A stretch of DNA of 64,000 nucleotides, taken from contig JAUCBJ010006629.1 in the NCBI GenBank assembly GCA_032718475.1, positions 62,001 through 126,000 on the forward strand. Direction: 5' to 3'. The notes below the pieces were generated by a model. The model saw only the letters and a list, made by a program, of their open reading frames with translations, searched no databases and was not told the origin of the DNA. Shown piece by piece: positions 38,601 to 47,364 of the stretch. The stretch's first letter is position 1, and each line of letters begins with the position of its first letter. The translations under genes and the position numbers were made by a program. The DNA comes from Nemertoderma westbladi (lineage: Eukaryota; Animalia; Xenacoelomorpha).

Positions 38601-39334
38601 TCCTTATAGGCTCGGTACAGCGAAATGGCCGCTGCCGTCTCTATCAAACTGGGTGTCGAACAGGGTTTAATCTCCGTATACGGATCTAATGTCGTAACGG
38701 TCGGCGTAATGGGTCTCGGAGGTCGCTTTCCGCTGAAGTCGATACTGATCATCGGGTTGCTCATCGGGTAACCTCCCTCGTTGTATCTAAGGAATTGGTG
38801 AGCTGGACATCGCGTTAATATCGGTTCCGGATGTTGCTCGTCTAATCGGTCGGGAATCGCCACGTCCTGTTTATTCATGCATTCACCACACTTGTAGAAG
38901 AGCTTGTATACGCTGAAGACTTTCGGCGTCTCCTGATCCTCGCCTCGAGTCCTCCGATACAGGTGCATTCCGTCGAACTGGTCTCGGACTGCAGGTAGAG
39001 GCTCCTCGTGTCGTAAATACATATTCATATGGTATAGTCGTGCGATTTCCTCGTCCGGATCTGCGCTAATGTCGCACACGTCCAAAGCAAAGTCGTAGGG
39101 ATACCGCGTGCGATACTCTCTCCGCAAGACTTCCATCCGGTCCCCCAACGCTCTCATTCTTTCTCTCCGTAATTCTTTATCATAACTTGGTTTATACTTC
39201 CCGTTCAGCTCCATCACGGACCGCCCATGGTAGTAAACGTTAGAGTCTTTACATCCTGGTCGCGCGAATGGTAGCTCCGCCTCCTCTCTGGCAGTAAATC
39301 CTCTGCGCGGTTGCGCTCTAATATCCCTCTCCAT
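35627..39334 (-). CDS. Extra ORF3 of the BEL element: DEDD (RNase D/WRN/Mut-7-like) 3'-5' exonuclease plus three CCHC zinc knuckles
   Basis: FYDNEG, CIQI, LPKKVREAILNQDYVKVGSGVQSD, FVDT, GMGFIA and W...P....QYYLVLE at ~37250-37890. Knuckles CKLCGSTRHNLKSC, CRWCNETDHSFHTC and CGYCGVKGHRSARC at ~36490-36670. Confidence 0.8.
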   Translation of the reverse strand: MERDIRAQPRRGFTAREEAELPFARPGCKDSNVYYHGRSVMELNGKYKPSYDKELRRERMRALGDRMEVLRREYRTRYPYDFALDVCDISADPDEEIARLYHMNMYLRHEEPLPAVRDQFDGMHLYRRTRGEDQETPKVFSVYKLFYKCGECMNKQDVAIPDRLDEQHPEPILTRCPAHQFLRYNEGGYPMSNPMISIDFSGKRPPRPITPTVTTLDPYTEIKPCSTPSLIETAAAISLYRAYKDLEARREAARDSGTKPAGLELSSPWTTFTSPHRVRSLTPEHQDDIDALRQEERAAKAKELFENRIAEYNKTADRHQEETRRVTGFVPQVVSQPGPVYYSDGTEPAILVDHPESREAIRFLPMVRMADHWNVDCLREVLCAKFLRDVPMQITDYDTLDKIGAPGKESKLFGWLDKYIKVWVAVATFPDDEEVDQTWLRRKGSYTRYDDHKAIERMWTPSDEIQRQWRKTEESLQDWRVMFYDNEGGSHQECLTSKCIQIRAADGVTHVFMRVRADRERPEPIITTQYRKGKDPREQILEVCRRGGMHGAERIDARMLPKKVREAILNQDYVKVGSGVQSDLESDFNAMTDLEDRLPRPFVDTKLLLLWAQDIGIYREYPNSAKTGMGFIAHLLYNWDFKLKTQKKYEEAYGEYNTPPGAEFKSHFKRQALVYWNICAPPRASLQYYLVLESNTVTCLLADIVARVLKRHPLVFGGDQYVRSKGGIQSDVMKRFLTPFFNQSLENTSMVRRGLAIFEGVYRQNIGDLGDRPSMEYPTPEALEKWFGNQTRGFGTPFHSEADRPVKEGWPETLVEVFGVDLPVEKTYPKRTREEILEIEDKGEDVYFVPDRQPLTGEDDIVLDIGKEGSAKPIGDLIYERAWFPQARRCKLCGSTRHNLKSCDAVIEAAHKVCRWCNETDHSFHTCTVFISQCGYCGVKGHRSARCQLRDDSFQNHSANLLREMLDKWESVADYHIQAQMRWLPFKAGYGFWAVDPSHVAYEPYLQSLPQYQELILTAQDLPQNTGVIVVREYFRQLNMDNKYTWNFVAICDRITKGVFTETRKVVRARGDWRMAAIQYRNEFLLTHVPVGSLTAERIQEQRIAATTATTAGAQGSRKEPGGGVQDKRQVKDDHYHSIIEAQRLQRKAQGASEKARVQLQKEELAEATTGARQLGRGRGRSSSRESVGAQGTSSPVPGSDASRTPSTESTRGRLVYLGRGRKRGASPKNPGAGR

Positions 39335-40090
39335 TATGTTACGCGTATATACATATATATATATCCCAATAAGTGCCGTTACGTAACCAACTACACTGTG
39401 GGTAAATCAGTTAGATGTCGCCGAAAGACAGACCTCCCGAACCCCCCCGCCTTCCAGCAGTTCAGGTTCGACTCTCTAGATCCCGTCTCTTCCTAACTAA
39501 CTATCCTCTAACCTATTCCCATGCATAGCGCAAAAACTTTGGAGATAAACTGGCCGTGACCAACTCACTTTTTGATGCCCAAACTACTCCCATTACTCGT
39601 ACTAAACTACAGTAGTTAGAAAGGACCATAGCCACAATACTCGACTATACCAAACCCACAGGTTTGATAATCGAACATCACACATCCTGCAAACTACTGA
39701 GTGGGGTCCGTGCACGCCTCTGGTGCTACTAACCTTTAGCACCTTAGTTGCACTGTTGGCACCAATCTGTGGAAGTTGCTAAACTCAATTTACACTCCTA
39801 CGTAATATAGCCGTCACCATGGTTTCTAAATGCTATTTTCCAGGCTTCACGACTTTTCAAATTACTGTTTATCTATAGACGAATTCAAAAACGCGTCTAT
39901 ACACAGCGTCTGGAATTGTCTTGGGTTCACTTCTAATTTTTAAAATTTTAAATTTTCCAAAATTTTGAAAATAAAATTTTGTTTTGATACCCACCAGACA
40001 AAACTCAACGCAAATCACCACAACCCCGCTCCTATGCATTTCATTGTATTTGCATACGAGGAATGCATACGAAGTGAGTTGCGTCCAACA

Positions 40091-43000
40091 CTAACTCTGT
40101 TTTGAGGCAGGAGACAAATTATAATCTCCCGTCTCGATACGTGTCTCCTCTAATAACACGATATCTTGGACCGGTCGGTCCAAGGTGTGCAAACCATTAG
40201 TTTTACACTTTTTTGGGTGCGGACACTTGCACCTAATTTTCACAGTGACTGTGCGCACTATGTTTTGCACGTCTGGGTGTGTGTGCAAGATCACTCCTGT
40301 CTCCCAATACTTTCTCTTGACAATGGGTTCGGTTATCAACACGTAATCTCCCCTTTGGAGACTCCGAACCGTTTTGTACCACTTTGTTCTGGTGGATATG
40401 GTGGGAAGATAGTATTCCCGCCAATATTCCCAGAATGTGTACGCCACTAACTGTGTTACTTTCCAGCTCTTACGACTATATAGGTCGGCACTAATGGGTT
40501 CTGATGCCGGCACAAGAAATGCTGGACTCTGCATTAGCAAATGATTCGGCGTTAATGCAACACCGTCTGGCAACATAGCTATCGGCCTCGAGTTTAGGGT
40601 ATGCTCGATTTCAATGAAAGCTGTAACCAGTTCGTCATCGGTAAGTTGTTTGTTCACAGGCAACGTCTTAGCAATGGCCTGCTTTACAGAGCGAACTAAA
40701 CGCTCCCAACTTCCTCCTCTCCAAGGACTTTCTGGAGTATTGAATCTCCATTCTACTCGTTGCGGCAAAAGTGCTGCAGAAATTTCCTTATTCTGTGCTG
40801 CTTTATGAGCCGCGTTCAACTCGCTATTCCCTCCGACAAAGTTTGTACCCTTGTCAGAGTAGAACGCCTTTACTAGTCCTCTCCTGGCCATAAATCTCTT
40901 CAAGGCCAGGAGCAGAGATTTGGTCGACATGTCTGCCACACGCTCGATATGTATGGCTCTACTCGCCATACATGTCAGTAGCAGACCCCATCGCTTGTGG
41001 GTCAGCCGTCCACTCTTTGCTTCAATCGGACCAAAACAGTCCACCCCTGTATTCGTAAAGGGTGGGTCATATGCCTGCACTCTCGCTTCCGGGAGTTCAG
41101 CCATCTCCTGTTCCAATACTCTGGCGTTCACTCTCTTGCAAACCAGACAGGCGTCGTACATAGTGCCTACTGCCCTGCTTGGCTGCAATAGAATGAATCG
41201 CTGTCTCGCTGCCGACAGACAGTGTAACCTTCCCGCGTGATGCAACCTCTTATGTATATCCCATAGAATCGCTCTTTGCAATTCTATTGGGTGACTAGGG
41301 ATTATCACTGGGAACCTAAACTGTGAGTTTATGTCGACAGTCTGGATTCTCGATCTATGACAAATTAAACCCTTATGGATTAATGGACTCCATTTTCTAA
41401 GGGGTTTATAGAGAACTGGTCGATGAGCCGATAATAGATGGAATTCTTTCGGGAAGGCACACATTTGATAATGCTTCAAATGCTTTAATTCCGCTTGATC
41501 AATCTCATCCTCTGTCAGAGGTCGTTTCAATTTCCGAATTCGCTCACTATTGGTGCTCAATGGTTCTCTCAAATGTTTCGAATGTTTTAAACAAAGGTAC
41601 GAAACGTATCGGCTTAACCACGCAGTTCTTTTACAAATTGTCAGCCAAGAGGCAGACGAATTTAGTAATTTGTCATAAATACTGCATGACTCTAATGCCA
41701 GCGACGGTTGTCCTCTAACTAATGGAAGTTTCGAATCCAAACCCGCAGGTTTGGAAACCAAAGGCTCCATTGTGTCGGTCATTTTCTGTCCGTCACTTAC
41801 CAATTGTGACTGTCGTCTAGTCTGTAAGGGTGGTTTTACGTCGTAACTTACCCTTCCTGACCTAGTAGTCACGTAAGTCTGTTGGTCTGACAGGTCTCCG
41901 GGCCGCTCCAATAACTCTTCAGGCCGCTCCAATGACTCTTCAGGCCGCTCCAATGACTTAAGTTTGGCTTTAGACTTCGACTTAGAGACTTTCTCCACTT
42001 TGACTTCTGCATCTTCAGGCATCGGATTGGTCACTATCTTTAGTCGCTCTGGCCAATGTTCCTGTGTCCTCGTTAGAAAATCAGGTCCATGCAACCAAAA
42101 CTCCTGCGACTCTTCCCGACAGAATTCCGCCGGCATTGCACCTCTCGAAGTTATGTCGGCCGGGTTCAACACTCCCGGACAATGTCTCCATTGTTCCTTC
42201 GTCGAAAAATCAACGATCTGAGCGCGTCTATTGGCCACAAATGTCTTTAGTGCATTATTGTCGGCCGCAATGTATACTAACACCAAGGATGCGTCCGTCC
42301 AATAGAATAAGGTCAATGTCGTGTCTAACTCCTCAGTTATTTGCTTACTTACCTCGACCGAAACTACAGCCGCCTGTAACTCTGCACGAGGGACAGTCAT
42401 ATATTTGACCGGCATTGTCTTTGATCTAGAAGTCACAAAGGCCGTCTCAAATTTGTCCTGACTTACCTCTCGGCGAAGGTAGGCTACCATACCAAAGCCG
42501 GTGTCACTTGCGTCACTGAATAAATGCAGTTCTAAATCAGCTGGAAATACCAGCTGATTCGGAAAGTAGGAACGGGGTACATCTATATTGTTCAATAGAT
42601 GCAACTCGGCTTCCCACTCCCTCCACTGCTTTGCATGTATAGGAGATATTGGTTCGTCCCACTCTAAGTCGGACAACCAAATTTTCCTCATGCACGCTCG
42701 TGCCTGTAATATAACCGGACTGATAAAGTTCATCGGGTCAAATAGTCTACTTAATGTCGATAAGCAAATTCTCTTTGTCAAAACTTTGTCTGGGCTACTG
42801 GGCTCAAATCTAACTCTTACCTGGAACTTATCTGAGTTCGGGTTCCAAGCGAGTCCCAGTACTCGCGCCATGGGGATTGGTTCTACCCCCAATTCTATGT
42901 CTCCGCTCCCGCGATCTTTTACCGGGAACGATTCTAATAGGGCCTCCGAATTAGTAGTGAACTTGGTCAGAGGAAATCCCCCTGTAGCCAAGCACTCTTG

Positions 43001-46000
43001 CAGGCCGTGAGCCACTTCTATGGCTTGTTCCGCTGTGTCCTTGGACACCAATCCGTCGTCCATATAGAAGTTTCTCAAGATGGACTCGATTACTTCTACT
43101 GGGTACTTACCAATCTGGGCTGTTGCCGTTTTCTTTAGAACGAACAGCGTGCCATTCGGACTATCGCGGGCGCCAAATATCCTAACGTACATTTGGTATG
43201 TAACCACTGGGCCGGATAAGTCTTCATTCTCAAACCAGAGAAATCGAAGGCTATCCTGGTCTGCCTTACAGGCTCTTACCTGGTGGAACATCGCCTCGAT
43301 GTCACAAGTAAATGCGAATCGCCGCTGTCTAAAACGCAACAGTATTCCAATCAAATAGTTATTCAGGTTGGGACCATCCATCAACTCTGAATTCAGGGAC
43401 ATACCTCTATAGACTGCTGCGCAGTCGTTGACTACTCGGACTTTGTCTGGCTTGTCAGGGTGAGTCACATAGTGGTGTGGAAGGTAATAAGTCTGGTCTG
43501 TCACTAAGTCAGGGTCCTCTACCTTCCCAGCAAATCCCTTGGCGAAATAGTTGTTGATCTGGGCGCAATACTTCTCCCTAATGTCCGGATTCTTCAACAA
43601 CCGAGCCCTTACTCCGTTTAATCTTTTCAAGGCTAAGCTGTAGTTGTTCTCCAACTTAGGTGGTTGTCGACGCCACAACATTCCAACTTCAAAATGTCCA
43701 GTCGGTAGCAGACGTATGGTGTCTTCCATCATCTCCAGCGACCGTTTCTCATCAGTAGACATGGCTAGGTCATATCCACCGGGTTCCATTGCGTCCCTAT
43801 CCAGCCATTCGACGGTTCTGGCTCCTGTCTCGAGGTCCTGGCGTATCAATTCCTTCTGTAATTCCTCCTCACTGTATTGGAAAATGTCTAGGTCTCGATA
43901 TTTAGCCACTTGACCCTCCACTATGTCTGTATAAGTCAAAACGTTAGTCAGATAAGTAGCGTGGGCCGCTGAACCAGACCCACGGGTCTGATAACAGTAG
44001 TCCTCGGGTTCACTATCTGTCCGGTCGTTGTGAAGCGGTTCCGACAACCTAACATTATCGGGAATCAACTCCTCGTCCGACTCGCTAAAGTCACTATAGT
44101 GGTCAATACAGGTTCTCCTAAACTCGTCTATGTCTGGTGGTTCTACTAACGGTGGTTGAGTTATAGGCTGTAATTCATCGTATCTGTCCATTGGCTTGTC
44201 GCCACCTGTAAACTCATAAGACATGGGTACTCGTGTATACCAACCTAGTATGGTCCTATGGGCATGTGGTCCATTGACATGCGGCTCAGCTGGTCTCGTT
44301 TCCCATATCTGGTGTGCGATCAGCTGTTCTGCACCAATTAACATAGAAACATTCCTATAACCTACCTGGTGTCTGGGTATCCTGAGCTTGTCAAAATACT
44401 CCTGTGCTATGGGACTCATCGGCGGCACCTTACCTAACTGCCTGCCGAATCCCTTCATAGCTAGACACTTAAATCCGTCCAATGGCAAAGCTTTCCGTTC
44501 TTGTCGAGTGTGTTGGTCTCTCGGAAGTAGGGAATCTAGTTCCACCGAAATTCTGTGTCCCTTGAGGTCTCCTACCCCATGCATAGACTTCAACTCTATT
44601 TGGATCTCCTCGGCGTCCTGGAAGCTAGAAACAGCTCTCGCCACTTCCTCGTCGATATAAGATAATGTGGACGCAGTGTCCAACATCAAATATATTCGCT
44701 TCGATCCCTTATCGCCAGTGAGTTTCACCGGAATCACGCTAAATATTTCCGACGTGGCCGATGATAAATACGTCCGCGCGCTGGTCGATGAACTATCCGC
44801 GGTGAAACCTTGGCAGGTCACTTCTCTCGCGCTCGACTCGCCATCCTCGTCCGACGAACCTGGTTGGTAACCATCGTCCTGGATGCCAGTGTACGTATTC
44901 CTCCTTATCGATACGGGTTCTTTGCTCCCCTTCCTTTGAGGATTTCGCTGTAAGTAACGGTCCGTTGGGGTGTGGAAATCCGCATGTAGCAACTTGTGAT
45001 GTAGTCTGCCGCATTCCATGCATCCGTCCTTGCTGTTCGGGCACTGCCGCCGTATATGACCTGGCGCAAGACATGCCCAACAGGTGTCCAACGTCCGCAC
45101 TTGAACTCTTCTCTGTTCCGAATTTAATTCTTTGAACCGTCTGCAACTATCTAACTTATGGTCGTCAGATCTTACCTCCTTTAGTAAACAGTATTGGCAA
45201 CCTACAAATCCATCCGGCAACTCCTGTTGCTTTAACCTAGGTCTATCTAACCGCTCACCTGACCATACTCGCGAGTCTGATCTAAAGGCTGGGGTACTCG
45301 AATTATATCTGTCTACTGAGTTAAATGTCACAGTGGTCCTATCATCGTCAAAACTTACCATAGACTTACCGGTAACAGGTTTAGACTCCCTCATATTCTC
45401 TTCTGAGAAGTTTGATTTCATCTCTGCTACTGCGTCTGTGGCTATCATGTCATGAATATGCTGAAGTGTCAACACCTTACCTTGGCCCTCCAACTTATTC
45501 TCTAATTTGCGCCATTTCTGTCTGTAACGCATGTTTAAACGTCTTATTACGCTTTTCAAAACTTCGGCGTGATCACCATGATGAGGTAGATTCACCGTCC
45601 TCAAGATGTCCAATGCGTTCGAAATAGCGTTCGCTAAGTTCAACAGCTCTAACGGAGTTGTAATCCTTCCGCCCTTACCCAAGTCTTCTACTATCGACTG
45701 CGCCATCTTGGTTTTATTCCCGTAGATGTCACTAAGCGTCTTCATCGCTAACTCAAATGCTCTTTCATTGCCGACGAAATTATCAGCAATGGCTCTAGGT
45801 TCTCGATGGAGCATCTGAAGCAAATAGTTGAACTTTTCGTTGGGAGTAAAGGTGCTGTTGGTTAGCTGCTCGTCGACATAGGTTTTGAAGGTCCTCCAAT
45901 GTTTATGGTTACCCATAAACTTCTGGGGTTGCTGCGTCGGCAGTCCTTGCCTAGCAGCAAACTTACCTATGTCCCTAAGGGTTGCGTCGTTCCGGGTTAA

Positions 46001-46510
46001 CAAATGGTTTAGTTCCGCAGGGTTGTTAAGTCTGGTCCTTTCCCGGTGGTTCCAACTTACCTGCTCCGCGTCCGTCCTTCTTTCCTTATAGTTTCGGGAC
46101 TTCTGACGTCTCATTTCTTCCTCTTCATCGCTTGACTCAGTGTCAGTCCTTAGCGCTCGCGATGGTTTGCGCGCCGAGGCCCTGCGCTTGCGTCCTTCTG
46201 GGCTCCTCTCTGATGACTCCGAGGCGCACCCATGAGGCGGACGCTGTCCCACCACCCCTGGGGCCAGTCTGACTGATGTTATTATCAGACCGGGCCGGAG
46301 GGTGGCCCGATGCTTCCCGGGCTCTGTTTTCGGTCCCCCGATCACACCGGCACAGCTCGTCGAACGTGTAGCCAGATGGGCGGCTACTGTCAACTTACTG
46401 TGGCCTGACTGTACATTGAGCCAACTCAGAGAGTCAACCGGCGGGTGGACCAGTCGATAGCGATCAAGCACCAAGGTCGCCCTTGGGCCTAACCGACGGT
46501 CTTGTCCCAA
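40091..46510 (-). CDS. BEL/Pao gag-pol polyprotein (DUF1759, Zn knuckles, protease, RT, RNase H, integrase)
   Basis: LDTAS protease; YYLPHH, KVRVVNDC, DIEAMFHQV and FYMDD in RT; FSDAS, PRAEL and NPAD in RNase H; HHCC, GVDCFGP, SDKGTNF and GGSWE in integrase. Start codon uncertain. Confidence 0.97.
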   Translation of the reverse strand: MGQDRRLGPRATLVLDRYRLVHPPVDSLSWLNVQSGHSKLTVAAHLATRSTSCAGVIGGPKTEPGKHRATLRPGLIITSVRLAPGVVGQRPPHGCASESSERSPEGRKRRASARKPSRALRTDTESSDEEEEMRRQKSRNYKERRTDAEQVSWNHRERTRLNNPAELNHLLTRNDATLRDIGKFAARQGLPTQQPQKFMGNHKHWRTFKTYVDEQLTNSTFTPNEKFNYLLQMLHREPRAIADNFVGNERAFELAMKTLSDIYGNKTKMAQSIVEDLGKGGRITTPLELLNLANAISNALDILRTVNLPHHGDHAEVLKSVIRRLNMRYRQKWRKLENKLEGQGKVLTLQHIHDMIATDAVAEMKSNFSEENMRESKPVTGKSMVSFDDDRTTVTFNSVDRYNSSTPAFRSDSRVWSGERLDRPRLKQQELPDGFVGCQYCLLKEVRSDDHKLDSCRRFKELNSEQRRVQVRTLDTCWACLAPGHIRRQCPNSKDGCMECGRLHHKLLHADFHTPTDRYLQRNPQRKGSKEPVSIRRNTYTGIQDDGYQPGSSDEDGESSAREVTCQGFTADSSSTSARTYLSSATSEIFSVIPVKLTGDKGSKRIYLMLDTASTLSYIDEEVARAVSSFQDAEEIQIELKSMHGVGDLKGHRISVELDSLLPRDQHTRQERKALPLDGFKCLAMKGFGRQLGKVPPMSPIAQEYFDKLRIPRHQVGYRNVSMLIGAEQLIAHQIWETRPAEPHVNGPHAHRTILGWYTRVPMSYEFTGGDKPMDRYDELQPITQPPLVEPPDIDEFRRTCIDHYSDFSESDEELIPDNVRLSEPLHNDRTDSEPEDYCYQTRGSGSAAHATYLTNVLTYTDIVEGQVAKYRDLDIFQYSEEELQKELIRQDLETGARTVEWLDRDAMEPGGYDLAMSTDEKRSLEMMEDTIRLLPTGHFEVGMLWRRQPPKLENNYSLALKRLNGVRARLLKNPDIREKYCAQINNYFAKGFAGKVEDPDLVTDQTYYLPHHYVTHPDKPDKVRVVNDCAAVYRGMSLNSELMDGPNLNNYLIGILLRFRQRRFAFTCDIEAMFHQVRACKADQDSLRFLWFENEDLSGPVVTYQMYVRIFGARDSPNGTLFVLKKTATAQIGKYPVEVIESILRNFYMDDGLVSKDTAEQAIEVAHGLQECLATGGFPLTKFTTNSEALLESFPVKDRGSGDIELGVEPIPMARVLGLAWNPNSDKFQVRVRFEPSSPDKVLTKRICLSTLSRLFDPMNFISPVILQARACMRKIWLSDLEWDEPISPIHAKQWREWEAELHLLNNIDVPRSYFPNQLVFPADLELHLFSDASDTGFGMVAYLRREVSQDKFETAFVTSRSKTMPVKYMTVPRAELQAAVVSVEVSKQITEELDTTLTLFYWTDASLVLVYIAADNNALKTFVANRRAQIVDFSTKEQWRHCPGVLNPADITSRGAMPAEFCREESQEFWLHGPDFLTRTQEHWPERLKIVTNPMPEDAEVKVEKVSKSKSKAKLKSLERPEESLERPEELLERPGDLSDQQTYVTTRSGRVSYDVKPPLQTRRQSQLVSDGQKMTDTMEPLVSKPAGLDSKLPLVRGQPSLALESCSIYDKLLNSSASWLTICKRTAWLSRYVSYLCLKHSKHLREPLSTNSERIRKLKRPLTEDEIDQAELKHLKHYQMCAFPKEFHLLSAHRPVLYKPLRKWSPLIHKGLICHRSRIQTVDINSQFRFPVIIPSHPIELQRAILWDIHKRLHHAGRLHCLSAARQRFILLQPSRAVGTMYDACLVCKRVNARVLEQEMAELPEARVQAYDPPFTNTGVDCFGPIEAKSGRLTHKRWGLLLTCMASRAIHIERVADMSTKSLLLALKRFMARRGLVKAFYSDKGTNFVGGNSELNAAHKAAQNKEISAALLPQRVEWRFNTPESPWRGGSWERLVRSVKQAIAKTLPVNKQLTDDELVTAFIEIEHTLNSRPIAMLPDGVALTPNHLLMQSPAFLVPASEPISADLYSRKSWKVTQLVAYTFWEYWREYYLPTISTRTKWYKTVRSLQRGDYVLITEPIVKRKYWETGVILHTHPDVQNIVRTVTVKIRCKCPHPKKCKTNGLHTLDRPVQDIVLLEETRIETGDYNLSPASKQS

Positions 46511-47364
46511 GTGGGCTTGTGCTACCCAACATGGAATATTGACACGTTTTCACCCGCCTCGCCGGCAGTATTGAGGGGAAGTAAGTTCCACAAACAATAC
46601 TGACTATCTCGAAAGCTAGGAACAAGTAACCACTTACCAGTCCTATACACGTGTACTCAACAGATGTTCACAATATCAAGTACACTACGGTAAACACAAA
46701 ATCGGACACATACCATGCACACACAGAGGACATAATCGTGAAAGACAAAATCGGTGTCAAAATCGGGAGGGACTAGTTGTATCGACTTGAGAGAGAATGA
46801 GAAAGTCGAGAGTACTTTATTTTACCGACAAGGTAAAATAACTTGTGTGCACAAAGTATGCTGGGGCGCAGTAAAGTATGGTCCTACTAATACCAGCGGC
46901 GTCTTGTCCAACCGGCAAGGTTTCCCATACTCACTCGCAGTGGCCACACATACAATCACGTGTACTCACATACCCACAGCAACAGAAAGCTCATCTCAGA
47001 CCTAAACACACTCCAAAAACCAATCAGCTGAACATGGAGACAATAACATATAGTATCAAAAAAAACGGAACAGCTGACGGTCAATGGCACACATCCAAGC
47101 CCCAAAGCTAACTGCCACTGCTCGCCCACATACAAATCACAGTTCATACCACATGAACCACAAATCACGCCATGCCACCACCCCTACTGTGTACAGGACT
47201 GGCAGTACGGCAACAGGCCGACTAGACGGTACCACGGCACCATGTCGATTCATGGTTCGCTAGACACGAGGGCCTTCAGTATCTCCCTTGCACTTAGAGG
47301 AAGCATTTAACTTTAACGTGTCCCCAGACCCTCACGAGTCCGCCGCCGCCTGTTTTGGGCACAC

